This document shows, one piece after another, positions 13,271 through 26,439 of a stretch of 64,000 nucleotides of DNA (its first letter is position 1; every line of letters starts with the position of its first letter). Made by a program: the position numbers and the translations under genes. Source of the DNA: the human T2T-CHM13v2.0 reference genome, Homo sapiens; the NCBI RefSeq assembly GCF_009914755.1, contig NC_060927.1, one strand, 5' to 3'. A model generated the notes under the pieces. It was not told the DNA's origin. It worked only from the letters and a program-made list of their open reading frames with translations, and ran no database searches.

Positions 13271-15220
13271 GTTATGAGGATGCAAAGGCATAAGAATAAT
13301 ATAATGGACTCTGGGGACTTGGGGGGAAGTGTGAGAGGGTAGTGAGTGGTAAAGACTACACATTGGGTGCAGTGTACACTGTAGGGGTGATGGGTATACT
13401 AAAATCTCAGAAATTACCACTAAAGAACTTATTCATGTAGCTGAACACCACCTGTTCCCCAGAAGCTATTGAAATAAAAATAAAATAAAAATTAAAAATA
13501 TACTAACCTTAAAAAAAGACATGTTCCTCTTACATGAATCGTTAAGTACAACAAGCAACTGTAGCTGGTTCTCTGGAAGTTCAAACAGCATTTCATGACC
13601 ACATGGGGGACATTCGCCCTTTGAAGTTCACACCATGGATGCTCTGTGAAAATGTCTGTATTGAGATCACTGGACCACTGGTATTGAAACTGGAAAATTC
13701 TCTTCATTTGCTGTCATGATTGTAGAAATAAAGGTAGCTTATTGTCTCCTAAACAAGCGTATAAATTTGGGGTACACTAGTGTTGAAACCAACAAATTAT
13801 CTCCCTTTGGTTTCATGATAATAGAAATAAATTGAGGCCTATAAACTTGGCCTTTTATCATGTAAATTCTGGGCTAGCTGTAGTTTCATAAACAGAGACT
13901 ACTTTCCAGGCTGGGGAAAAAAAAAAAAACAATACTCCTACCTGGCATCAGCACCTGACAATATCACCTTTTCATATCTGTGTCTTTCATAAAAATGTCA
14001 GACTTTTAAAACCAGAAATCATCAAGCCACAAAGTATTATATTTAGCAATAGTTTGATAATTCAAATTGGATTAAAGGATCATGTCCCAAATATGTTCTA
14101 GGTAGGGATATGATTACACACTTGGAATCTCTTTAAAGAAAAGCTCTAGAGAAATCCACTTTATCCTCTCTGAATTGCCTAAGTAGCAGTGGCCATTCAA
14201 AATTTGCTTGGATGGAATATATACCTGCAAGAGATTGGAAAGCAATCAAAAAAACAAAAACCAAGACAGTAGGTGCCAGCTCTTTTGTTTCATTGCTGGT
14301 TTGCCCCTCTTTTTCTTTCTCAAGCCAGCCTAAGACATGGGAAATACACCCTGTTGCCAAGTACAGCAATTGACCACAGGGTTCAAACTTTCCGTTGCAA
14401 TGGGCATCCTATGTTAATTCAGCAGCTTATCTAGAGTTTCTGGTCTCTGATAGAATCTATAACACTCCCTGTGGAGTACGGACAGTGTTCCTTTGCACAG
14501 GGCATTGACACGATTTTGGGGTGGCCTCCTACGACCTCTGAGCTCCACCCTCCATTAAAGTTGGCTTAGAGCAATAGTTAAGCAGAAGTTGCTAGGAAGA
14601 TCAGCATTCCTGGTGCACAGGTTCCCTGTTTTAAAGGAATTGATCCAAGGGAAATCCTGCTTCTTCATGGCAAGGAACAAAGTCAATCATATCTAAGTAT
14701 GGGAGGGGTGAACTGAAGTGCTTTGCTGAATGCTCTCTGGGTGTTTGGAGGAATGAGCTTTGTGATTTTTTTTCCTAAATGGATGGTTGAATTGTTTCAA
14801 CTACTGCAAAAAACACATTCTACCAAGTATGAAAGGATTCCAGTGACCGCTGACTGTGTTCATTTAGAGAGCAGAAGAAGAAAAATACAAGTAATCCACG
14901 GAACAATAAATTCTTGGCTTTAAATGTAATTATCTAGGAGTCTGAATCCTTGCATAGCTAAGAAATAACTTTCCTAAAAATCATTTTAAATATTCAGAGT
15001 ATAGTAATATTATTATATTTCTTCTAACACTCAAAAGTTCAAGAGCTCTTATATGTTGAATATTTGATCTCACATCACAGTCACTAGGATAGTTTTAATA
15101 TTTCTGTGAAATAATAAGGTTCTTTTAAACAAGAACTGTGTCATATTTATCTTCTTTGAATGTGTTATGGTGTCCGGGGTCAGTGTGTCCATGAATATAG
15201 TACATTTTCAATAAACATAT

Positions 15221-15587
15221 TGTATTAGTTCGTTCTCACACTGCTATTAAGAACTGCTCGAGACTGGGCAATTTATAAAGAAAAGGGGTTTAATTGATTC
15301 ACAGTTCCGCATGGCCAGTGAGGCCTTAGGAAACTTACAATCATGGCAGAAGGGGAAGCAGACACATCTTACATGGCAGCAGGTGAGAGAGTGTGTATGG
15401 GAAGCAAAGAGAGGAGAGCCCCTTATAAAACCATCAGATCTTGTGAGAACACACTCCCTATCATGAGAACAGTATGGGAGAAATGGCTCTTGTGATCCAG
15501 TCACCTCCCACCAGGTCTCTCCTTCAACACCTGGGGATTACAATTCAAGATGAGATTTGGGTGAAGACATGACGCCTAACCATATCA
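15221..15587 (-). mobile_element. THE1D-like solo LTR (ERVL-MaLR)
   Basis: tgtattagttcgttctcacactgcta...gagatttgggtgaagaca...aaccatatca; 5-bp TSD catat/catct. Confidence 0.92.
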
Positions 15588-16364
15588 CATCTATTACTGG
15601 GTTTCCGTGATATCCAGTCTTCGTTAGAAAGAGGGCATCCCCAGAAGAAAGTGCCCTTGCCCTCAACCATAATACCTCAGTTTTGGATTAATCACTTTTG
15701 CCACTTTATTCTAGAGAAAGGAACAAATAAATATCCATGAGAAGCAAAAGAATTAGTAATTGCAAATCTCTGACCAGGAGCCTTAAGTGAAATCAATGTT
15801 CTGTCACAAAAGCCAGCTTGAATTATCTTTGCAATGTGTTCTAACAGTGCAAGGGTAGGAATTACGTGTCTGCATCAAGTCTAGAACTGGTAGTGAGGGC
15901 TGGTATTTATTGCTTCCCCTGCTTGTACCTGGCACCTGCAGAGAGACAGGCTCTGCCTCTCACAGCTTCCTGTAGCTAAGAGGAAACAAGATCAAACACA
16001 TCTTAAGGCTATAAGTGAAGAAAGGCCATACAGACAATGCTTCTCTTTGTTCTTTAGCATTGTTAATTTTGGCACAACTTTTGGCTCAGAGAAGAGAACA
16101 GAGCTTTAGAGAAGAATCATTTACCCGAAAGATATGAAATATTTCTGAGTGAAAGTCAAAGGTCACAGTCAACTGATGCTGTGGAAAAGAATACTTCTCA
16201 AATTTCAGAGTACTTTCTAGAGTTTACATGAGGATGAAAATTCAACAAATGTAACTTTAAGCAATGATAGGAGACTATTATTTAAAGGAGATTGTGTGTG
16301 TGTGCAGGGGTTGAGAAGATAATGTTACAAATAACGGTAAAATTCAACTCATGTTTTTTTTTTG

Positions 16365-16418
16365 TTTATTTAGCAAACATTTATTCAATGTTTGTTGAAT
16401 AAATGTTTGTTAAATAAA
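16365..16418. repeat. Inverted repeat with 24-bp arms and 6-nt loop, at the end of an antisense L2 fragment
   Basis: tttatttagcaaacatttattcaa / ttgaataaatgtttgttaaataaa, 23 of 24 complementary. Confidence 0.9.
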
Positions 16419-16689
16419 GAAGAAGTCATGTACTACTAGATAGAGTATTACTATTTTATGAGCCTTTGCAATCCCACACACGGCCTGACTCAGTACCACT
16501 GAGAAAATTGTCCCTCTCTTACAAGAGCTTGCAGTCTAGTATATAGAGGTAAACTTTGTAAGCAGTGCACTCTGCATGTTGATTAGATAAGCAAAAACTG
16601 CCTTTACCAAAAGTCTTTTTGTCTTTTTAAACTGTTTTCCAATAGCACTTAGCAAGTTACAGAAGATACTTATAGTTTGTCCCAGTAAT

Positions 16690-16890
16690 GAACTATTATT
16701 GGGTGTTTACTATGTGTTTTACATGTGTTTAATTCTAGACAAAACTATTTGGATAGGACCCCACATTAAAGAAACTAAAACTTAGAAGAAGTTTAATAAC
16801 TTGCTCAAGTTTCATGCTAAGTTGAAAAATGAGCTGGAACCTGAACTCAGTCTGAGTTCAGAACCTGGGGTCTAAACCATTAATCTATTG
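16690..16890 (-). mobile_element. MIR SINE
   Basis: gaaactaaaacttaga...taacttgctcaag...gagctggaacctgaactcagtctg. Confidence 0.7.
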
Positions 16891-17559
16891 CTGCTGTCAT
16901 TCAGAAGACAAGGCTATACCCATAGAATACAAAGTTAACATTATAGATCATATTATAGGATAATTTTAGGAAAGGTAGATGACATCAGACAAGTTCTCCT
17001 AAAAAATAAATATTCACGAGTATAGGATGTAACAGACACAGCATTCCATTCATGTGCACCATTCTCTAGAATTCATAGCTCCCAAGTCAATTCCCTGCTA
17101 GGTCTGTGCCTCACTTTCTTGAGGGACACTGGAATTAATTGTTTTATGTCCCAATGACTCAGGGACCCAGAGATGATATTTTTTCTGACTCCATTGCATT
17201 TTCAAGACAAAACTATGACTTTTATTCAGTCTGGCTTCAACTGTTTTTCTTAGCTGTACCCTCATCTCAATCCAGACATCAAAACTTGTCAAGAAACATC
17301 AAAAGTTCTAGGGTTTGGATTCTCTGATGTCTCTACAGGGTGGAAGGCATGCAGTCTGCACACTACACATTCATCCTTCCAAGCCCATGCTAGACATGAC
17401 CAATCAATTACTGTGCTGTTTCCTGCTGCATCTAGATTTGGCTTCAGAGTTCCTCTCAACACAATTTTTACCATCAGCATAGAAAATGAAACTTATTTTT
17501 TATCTCCAGAGTACACCGAGGGAAGAACCTATCCTGTTCAAGTCTGTCTACCCTGTACT

Positions 17560-17751
17560 AATCATTTCCAAACTTTAGCCTACTTTAAAATTACCTACAG
17601 AATGTTAAGTTAAAGCAGGTTCCTAGGTTCCATCCCAGACAGAGAATCTAACTCAACATATCTGGTCTGGGGTCATGGAATTTTTGTTTCTAAAGCGTTT
17701 CTAGGTGATGCTGATTCGACTGGACCAGGTACCACACTTTGAGAACCGCTG
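17560..17751 (-). mobile_element. MER5A
   Basis: ctaggtgatgctgattcgactggaccaggtaccacactttgagaaccgctg terminus. Confidence 0.8.
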
Positions 17752-17759
17752 CTGTTTAA

Positions 17760-18020
17760 TTAGTACCATTGTGGTTGAGATAATAGAATCAAGATCCAGG
17801 CAGCCTGCTGACATGCCAGCTCTACCACCTATGTGGTCTGTAGCTTTGGACAAGTTATTGAACTTTTGGGGGACTGCAATCTCTCATCTGTAAAATGCGG
17901 TATAGTTAACCTCTCTTAGGAGATCCTTGTGAGGACCCAGTGAGTTCACAGATGTTAAGTACTTTAAAAAGGACCTAGAACTTAGAAGCTTCACCCAAAA
18001 ATGTTTACTAATATTACTTA
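17760..18020 (+). mobile_element. MIR SINE
   Basis: ccagctctaccac...ttggacaagtta...ctcatctgtaaaatg...ttgtgagga. Confidence 0.75.
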
Positions 18021-18205
18021 TTTAACTAATATTGCTTATTATTGACTCAGTTTAGAGCTATGTACATGGCAGCTACCCAAATGCTCAGTGTATTGGGATT
18101 CAACACCCAGACGTAGAATAACATGTCTGACATGTGGCCCCCTTTAGCAGCAGAAGATGATAAGATTAAAGAGGTAATAGCAGTTTACAGATCTTTTAAG
18201 AGGTG

Positions 18206-18493
18206 TTTTTTTTCTTCTTCTTCTTCTTTCTGAGACAGTGTCTCACTCTGTTGCCCAGACTGGAGTGCGGTAGCATGGTCATGGCTCACTGCAGCCTCGA
18301 CCTCCTAGGCTTAAGCAATCCTCCTGCCTCAGCCTCCTGAGTAGCTGGGACTACAGGGATGTATTTTTATTTTTGTGGAGACGGGGTCTCACTATGTTGC
18401 CCAGGCTGGTATCAAACTCCTGAGCTCAAGCAATCCTCACACCTTGGCATCCTAAAGTGCTGGGATTACAGGCATAAGCCACTGCTCCTGGCC
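18206..18493 (-). mobile_element. AluJ
   Basis: Antisense Alu with J diagnostics (gcagcctcgacctcctaggcttaagcaatcctcc; gagctcaagcaatcc). Confidence 0.95.
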
Positions 18494-19070
18494 TGTAAGA
18501 ATATTTATTTGCATACTATGGTACAAATTGCTTGATTTTTTTATTAAATTAATGCACAGAGGTCTACTGTTGCACAGTTATTGATGCTCAGAAAAGCCAA
18601 CACTTGTCATAGTGAAGAAAGACTAAACTGCTGAATCTCCTTCAGCAATGTTTTTTAACTTTGCAACACAATGCTTCTTTTTTAGAAATACTGAGAAAGC
18701 TTTGAATTAATTGTGTTGTCACCAGACAGTGGCTTGGTTTTATGACTGGTGTTTCTCCTGATGATTGAGATCTGTCATCTGAATTACTTTGCCCTTTTTA
18801 TTGTTCTTTCATGTGTCTACAGTCATGCAGTTGCCACGATATTCCTTCATATTTCTTCTGAGCCCTTCAGCTAGCAATTCCTTGCAGCAAGTAGGGAATG
18901 AGGCCCAGGAGTTTGGTGCCTGGATGTAGCGGCTAGAGCTAAAAGGTTGACTATTTGTCTGAACTTAAAATCAGAACTCTCAAATCAGCAAAAACTTCTT
19001 TTCTCTGACTTGTAAAATTATTCATATAAAAAGATATACATACCTTTAATTGTGTATTCATCAAATCATG

Positions 19071-19487
19071 TTTTTTTTTTTAACTTTTAAGTTCAGGGGT
19101 ACAAGCGCAGGTTTATTACATAGGTAAACTTGTGACATGGGGTTTTGTTGTATAGATTATTCCATCACCAGGGTACTAAGCCTAGTATCTATTAGTTATT
19201 TTTTCTGATGTTCTCCCTCTTCCCACCCTCTACCCTCTGACAGGACCTAGTGTGTGTTGTTACCCTCTATGTGTCCATGTGTTCTCATTGTTTAGTTCCA
19301 ACTTATAAGTGAGAACATGCAGCATTTGGTTTTCTATTCTTGTGTTAGTTTGCTAAAGATAATGGTCTCCAGTTCCATCCACGTCCCAGCAAAGGACATG
19401 ATCTCGTTCTTTTTATGGCTGCATAGTATTCCATGGCGTATATGTACCACATTTTCTCTATCTAGTCTGTTATTTATGGGCATGTAA
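19071..19487 (-). mobile_element. 5'-truncated L1PA (L1PA13-like) 3' end
   Basis: ttttaagttcaggggtacaagcgcaggtt...ttataagtgagaacatgc...gcatagtattccatgg. Confidence 0.9.
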
Positions 19488-19587
19488 ATTTTTTTTAAAT
19501 AATAAAAATTCATAAAAAGTAATGTCTGCTTTTCAGAAATGCCTATGCAGATAATTTGCCCATTTAGTTGTAAAAAATTATATAAAA

Positions 19588-20045
19588 GCCTGTTATTCGT
19601 GCAACATGGAAGAACCTGGAGTGCATTACATTAAGTTAAATGAGCCATACACAGAAAGATAAATATCACATGTTCTCACTCATATGTGAAAACTAAAAAT
19701 GTTGATTTCACTGAAGGGAGTAGAATAGTGGATACTTGAGGCTCAGAAGGTTAGGGGAGGGTAGAATAGGGAAGAGGTTGGTTAATGGAAGCAAAATTAT
19801 AGCTAGAGAGGAGGAACAAGTTCTGGTGTTCTGTTGCACTTTAGGGTTACTGTAGTTAACAATTCATTGTATATTTTCAAAAAAACTGGACGAGAGGATT
19901 TTTGAATGTTCCCTATACAAATGTTAAATGTTTGAGGTGATAGATATGCTAATTATTCTGATTTGATCATTACACATTATACACATGTATTAAAGTAGCA
20001 TGCTGTACCCCATAAATATGTGCAGTTATGTGTCAATTAAAACTA
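19588..20045 (+). mobile_element. L1MA (L1MA4/5-like) 3' end
   Basis: acagaaagataaatatcacatgttctcactcatatgtg...tttgaggtgatagatatgctaatta...cataaatatg. Confidence 0.85.
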
Positions 20046-20253
20046 ATTTTTAAATGTTTTTTAAAAAAAGGTAAGATGAAAAATCTAGAATGTGTGATTT
20101 TTATAGAAAGAAGCTGACCTGTTATAGAAATGACGTTTGAATTTTCCATTATAAATATCCTGGTCTGAACTTGATCTGAACTCACATTATATGGGGTTGT
20201 TTATAAAATAATGTTAATGATTTTAACTCTGTCTCATATCTTAACAATTATTC

Positions 20254-20563
20254 CTTTTTTTTTTTTTTCTTTGAGACAGAGTCTCACTCTGTCACCCAGG
20301 CTGGAGTGCAATGGTGGGATTTCGGCTCACTGCAACCTCCACTTCCTGGGTGTTTAAGTAATTCTGCTGACTTAGCCTCCCAAATGGTAGCTGGGATTAC
20401 AGGCACCCGCCACCATGCCTGGCTTATTTATTTATTTATTTTTAGTAACGACGGGGTTTCATCACGTTGGCCAGGCTGGTCTCGAACTCCTGACGTCAAG
20501 TGATCTGTCAGCCTTGGCCTCCCAAAGTGCTGGGATTACAGGCAAGAGCCACTGTGCCCAGCC
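20254..20563 (-). mobile_element. AluS with 15-bp TSD
   Basis: Full antisense Alu; TSD tcttaacaattattc at 20239-20253 and 20565-20579. Confidence 0.97.
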
Positions 20564-23489
20564 CTCTTAACAATTATTCTGACTTGCTGATGCCCGGCAG
20601 AAATTGTTTGCAGCCTATTTTAGGCACATATAATAAATACATATTTGAATAAATGTCAACTCTCTGATTATAATGTGCTTGGCCAGTCACTACAATGGGT
20701 GGATATTAACCCTGTTTACAGATGCTCCCCATTTTTCATTCCTGTAGTCTTTGGGTAAACTTGAGACCTGCAGGAAGCTGAGGGTAAAGTGTGTTCATAC
20801 TCAAAGAGCCTCAAAAAAAAAATCAATTTGGAAGATGTTTTTAAGCTTTAAAAATGTGGATGTAGTAACGTAAGTTAGGTATGGTTGCAGCTTTCAAGCA
20901 GAGTATAAAGACGTTATGATTAACAATATCAATACAGAAAAATAATCATAAACTATGAATCAAACTATATTTCTTTCCCCCAAATATACTGATTTCAGAT
21001 TGCAAATGGTGCAAATTAAGAGTTAGTCTCTAATTAAGCTATTTATATACCTAGGAGACCTGTGGTAAATACTCTTATTGTGTTTTATTTGAATTAGGTG
21101 ACGGCAACCATAATTGAGAAGGAAAATGCTTATTATATGGTTTCATTATTCATGGGCACTTGTCTACCGTGTACCTAGGTAATTTCAATACTGTAAAAGT
21201 ATTGATCTCAGATTTTAACAACATTAGCCAAGTGGTTACCAGCTCACCAATTTGATGTGTTCCAGCATGACCTATATCAATTTTAATAACCCACCTCAGT
21301 TTTCCGAATGCTGGAATTTGTGATTTCCAAAAGTCATCCGAAGGTCTTCATGTTTTCAGCCTGCTTACAAAGCTGATGGCATGAATTTCTTCTTCAGAGT
21401 TAACCTAGTTACTGAAATACTGAGGAAAACCCAGTGAATTTCATTGGGATCACTTCTGTGATTTCTCCAGTGAATCATTTCCCTTGTGAGAAGAATCATA
21501 TTCCAGGGGGATGCAAAGAGAACAATTACTCCCAGGGATGCCTAGCTATAACTGCAATGGTGTGGGAGAAATGAGAGAACCATGTTTTCATGTGTGTTTC
21601 CTCTGGAAATGAGTAATTATAAGATTCATATTTTCTTTATTCTTCCTATTGTACTAAGTGAACAATTAAAGCACCCACTGGAAAACGTACTACCAGTGAA
21701 CTCAGGTCACAGAATATACGTGTTTTTAAAAAATATTTTACCAATTCTTTGTGATCTCATCATTTGAAGTGCACCCATTAGATCTATTCTGATCCTTTAT
21801 GATAAGATGAGAATTCTGAGTGAGCTCTGGCACCAAGAAATACCATAAGTCTTACCACAAGATTGTGTATCTGTAAGACAGCTTCTAATACCTACTTTGG
21901 GACTTCTGACTTCAGATCAAGTGAGATCGTGTGCTATACCTACACTTTCTAAAAGAAGCCAGACAGATAAAATGGTAAGGCAGATTGGTTATGGAGTGAA
22001 AACACTGTATTAGATATAAACAGAACATCCACCAGGAAAAAAATGCCCTTGAGGAACTTTTAGTGTGTTAAGCTTCTCCAACTTTTCAATCAATCCAGGT
22101 CACTTAGTGAAATCGATAAAATGTCATCGCAGTTCCAAAGAGGCCCTCAAGCATGTTTAGAGAGAAAGATGGCTCCGAAATTTAAATAGAGTGTTGTTAC
22201 TACCGAGGTAACACAACATGCTTAAAACTATTTCAAGGCTGCTCCTTATAATGCCTTAGAGTTTGAGAAAACATGCCTAGACCTCTGTTATACATTTTAT
22301 GTTCTTGAGCAAAAGGATATTTGGAACCTACTCTCCAGCCATAGATAAATCCAACAAGATCCACTTTCCGAATGCTTTAGTTCACCTGTGATATTTGCAG
22401 ATATGCCAATAAGATTTTCATGAGAGTGAGCCAGTTTAACTAGAAAACTCTATTTTGAGTGCTGCAAATTAAATTTGGAGTAAAATGTTTCTGTCACAGG
22501 ACCCGTGCAGATTGTCGGGGTTTGAGTTTTTTCAAACTCACTGACGACCACAGTATATTTTTGCCATAATTGTTTGGAGATCTGCAGTATCTCAGCATCT
22601 CAATACTCAATTTTGTTCTAAGGCTTTCCCAAATTTGCCTTTGACCAAATGTAAGGCATACATAAATTAAAAACAATGCAAAAACTTTATCGTCTTCATT
22701 ATTCTTTCCATGTTCACCATTTATCTCTCCTATTCCAATCTTCCAAGGCATCCTAGGTTAGAAATATAATTTAGTTCCATGTTTCTTCTCCAGCACATAT
22801 AATTGGTCTTCAAAGTGCTTTTTGACATTGTCCCTTGGACTTCAGTCGGTTCTCTGGATTCCCTCCACCTCAATTCTGATCTTTTATCTAATAGTTATTG
22901 TGAGTTTACAGCAAAGCATTGTGCTGAATGCACAATTCCATTTCATTATTATACTAACTCTGAAAGGCCATTATTTATATTTTATAGAAGGGGAAACTGA
23001 GGCACTTAGCAGATGACTCATCCCAAGGTCAGCCTAGTGGTAAAATCTGTGTGCTTCTGAGTTATGGTAATGGACTCCTTCCATGTCCTTAGCCCTCAAA
23101 CATAAGCAGTGACTTTTATCGGCCTAGGTCATCTGTTGCTTAGAAACTGCCTTTTTGGTTAAATTTTCTACTCAATCTGGCATTCCAGGCCATATATCTA
23201 TGGACTTCAGTTTGTATCTTGACACTTTGATCTCCATTATTTGCTAATACCATTTTTTTCTCCCACTAGGTCTGTTGCCTTATTGGCATGCCCCAACAGC
23301 TCCAGCATCCTAATTTCCATAGTCACATCTCATTTACTCCTTTTCCCACTTTCTACTGATATCCTGCTTATATTTGTTGCTCCATATCACCAGGAAAATT
23401 TCTTTTATTTTTCTCTCAAGTACCAGTTAAATGCTCATGTTATCCCAGAATATTCCTTATTCATTTTCTCTCTCTTTTATTTGGGATAA

Positions 23490-24010
23490 TGATAGCTGCT
23501 TTACCAAATAGACCCCAAGTGCATAAAGTTGCTAATATAGTAGAAGTGTACATCCATGATCAGCAGGTGGCATTTGTCCACACAATGATTCAAGGACCCA
23601 GACTCCTCTGATCACATGGCTCCCACATCCCTCAAAGAGTGGTTCAGTCTCACATCAGCAATATCGGCATCACCTGGGAACTTATCAGATCAGAGATGCA
23701 AATTATGAGGCTACATCTCAGATCTACTGAATCAGAAACTATAGCAATAGGGCCTGGCAATCTGTGTTTGTACAAGCCCTCCAAGTGATCCGGATGCACA
23801 CTAAAGTTTAAGAGTTGCTATGCTGTGGCCTCCTAGTTCCCTATATCCAGCCTATGGAAATTCAAAGAGAACATGAATAACATACATGTAATTCTTTAAG
23901 CATTGATCAAGAGGGATGTACATCATTTTCATTCATAATTTATTGATGAATACTAATTAGATGGGCCATGCCTTCATGCAACGGAGGGGTTATAAAACGT
24001 GGTCCCTGTG
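23490..24010 (-). mobile_element. Old MLT1K/L-like MaLR LTR, interrupted by MER5A
   Basis: tccacacaatgattcaaggacccagactcc...catcattttcattcataatttattg...gggccatgcc. Confidence 0.55.
23636..23820 (+). mobile_element. MER5A
   Basis: ggcatcacctgggaactt...ctactgaatcagaaact...caagccctccaagtgatccggatgcacactaaagttt. Confidence 0.85.
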
Positions 24011-25216
24011 GTCCTCCTTTCAATAATATATAGATACACAAATGAGAGCATTGTTTTCTTAAACTGTCTTCCCTCCCTAGTTTTCATAAACTTCTTTAGC
24101 ATGCAGTCTGACAGGCTCTTACAGTCGATTTCTGTGCTTCTGTCAGCTTAGCTCGTCACAATGAACATTTTTACTCCTTTTCCCTCCTCGTTGTAGTTTG
24201 ATTTTCCTCTTCATTTTACTTACTTACAGCTTGACATAAATTTCTTTCTCTATTCATTAAGAGACTGGCCACTGCAAACTTTCCATTTCAGGTTGCTGTA
24301 ACATGTCAGCTTATTTTCTATTAGCATAAAGTGGCCCAGCTGATGGGCTTGTCATGCAGAACTCAGGATATAATGGCTAGCTGTTCCTCAAGCACAGTAT
24401 GAATATTTCTGATTTGGAATTTGTCTTCTCCACATGTATTTTTCCCTGAAATTCGTAGGTACTCAGTCTCAAAGATACTCATAGATGGAAGAGAATATAT
24501 TTTAACTTGTGGTGTCGAAGTAGATAAAGGGCAACATCCCTGGGTGTCCTAGTCGTGTAAAATTGAATAAGTTATGTTCATTACCATGACTGGGCGCAGC
24601 CCCTGGGGAACTTTAGATAGTACCGGGCTGGCCAAATCATTCTGGAACGAGGTGTATTATTTATTACATGATATAAAGCAATCTTCCCTTTTACCAATAA
24701 CAAGATTCAAACAAGTTTATATTTGAGCAATTGCATATGTAATTGTCAAGGGTATAGATGAAATGATTAAATATCTATTCATGAAGTTTAAACTACTAAT
24801 TATTCCATATATGTATTTACTATATATGGATTCATATATTAGGTTAGATTCCTCCTCTTTTTTTTCTTTTCATGAAGCAATTATATTCAAATGCTTGATA
24901 GGCATCTTTAAGCCCAATTCCTTTGTTTTTCTCTAGCACCGCTTTTGAATCATCTTGTAGTTTTCCAGAGCATATTTTCTTGACTTCCACCTGTGTTGTT
25001 GGAAATACAGGCCTCACTTGATCCGTGTAGCAGGTCATTGCTGGGATTATTGACCCTTGCGTAAGTACCTAATCACAAAACATAAGGACAATGTTGTTTT
25101 GTATTGTTTCAAGTTTTACTTCATCCTTTAAGTATTTAGGGTGCTTCTCCACATATATGACCATATACTGCATTGTTTTCTAAAATTACTGAGAAAAAGT
25201 TTTTGAGCTTGTTAAT

Positions 25217-25620
25217 TGATATGGTTTGGATCTGTGTCCCCACCCAAATTTCATGATCAATTGTAATGCCTAATATTGGAGGTGGGGCCTGGTGGGAGGT
25301 GATTGGATCATGATGGTGGTTTCTCATGATTTAACACCATCCTTCTTGGTGCTATCATAGTGATAGTGAGTTCTTGATTTGGTTGTTTAATAATACGTGG
25401 TACCTCCCACTTCTCTTCCTCCTGGTCTGGCCATGTAAAACATGCCTGCTTCCCCTTTGCCTTCCTCCATGATTGCAAGTTTCCTGAGTCCTCCCCAGAA
25501 GCAGAAGCCACTATGCTTCCTGTATAGCCTGCAAAACTGTGAGCCAATTAAACCTCTTTTCTTTATAAATTTCCCATTCTCAGGCATTTCTTTATAGCAG
25601 TGTGAGAATAGACTAATGCA
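25217..25620 (+). mobile_element. MSTA-like solo LTR (ERVL-MaLR)
   Basis: tgatatggtttggatctgtgtccccacccaaat...gcagaagccactatgcttcctgtatagcctgc...gactaatgca; TSD ttaat/ctaat. Confidence 0.92.
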
Positions 25621-26439
25621 CTAATACTTATAAAATTTAGGTCATACCACCAAGGATAATCCATAACTATATATTACTTTGGATCTTTTTTTCTCCTCCT
25701 TTTAGTGAAACTTGGTAATACTGCAAACTACCATTGAGGTTGTTTTGGGTTAGAGTCTTCTCCGATGGTGCTCTGATATTCCAAACAAAGTAAACCAGAG
25801 AACGTCCTGTCACATGGACAGTTTCATGAGGATTAAATCATAAGCAAGCTTTCTCTGTTATGAGGCATAAGAGTGCAAGACAATATGACCAAATGATACA
25901 ACCAGAGGGGTGATCTCTGAGGTCTGTAGAAGATCAGAGTAAATCTCCTTTCATCATTGAAACTTGTTTATTCTTATATCAAAACTTCTGTGAGAAGGGC
26001 ATTTGTCGAGGTTGCTAAAACCCTAAAACAGTGAGTTTCCCAAAGTGCTTTGCCAGTAAAGGATCCAGTCAGGTCTCACTCTGAAGCCAATGATATTTGT
26101 CTTCTCTCATAGAAAGAAGTTCTTAATGCAAACAGGTTCTTTGTTCCCATCAGACAAAAGTGATGTGCCCTATAATTGCCAAAGGATATCAGAGTAGATG
26201 GAAGACATGCATCTTGTGTCCCAGAGAACACAAACATAGCAGGGGCTACATGCTGCCCTCTCTCCACTTTCAGGCTGTTTTCTCCCAATATTCACTCAGT
26301 TGCCTTATTCCCACAGGCGAAAAAAAAAAAAAAAAAAAAAAAACAACTGACTTATAAACTGACCCAACCCTCCTTCATCATTGTAAAACTATCATCTTCA
26401 TATGCTTGCAGCCCTATAAAAGCTGTAAGTCACATTGTC

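Larger units (their letters stand above)
7574..13514 (+). mobile_element. Full-length decayed LINE-1 (L1PBa-type 5' UTR, L1PB1-type 3' end)
   Basis: 5' UTR, ORF1 remnant (~8500-9400), ORF2 remnant (~9521-13270), L1PB-type 3' UTR, A-rich tail; TSD aaagacatgtt(t/c)ctct at 7558-7573 and 13515-13530. Confidence 0.95.

Noticed and set aside
21480-21545. Imperfect direct repeat containing an EBF-like TCCCAGGGA
   Set aside because: A single motif in a loose repeat is insufficient evidence.
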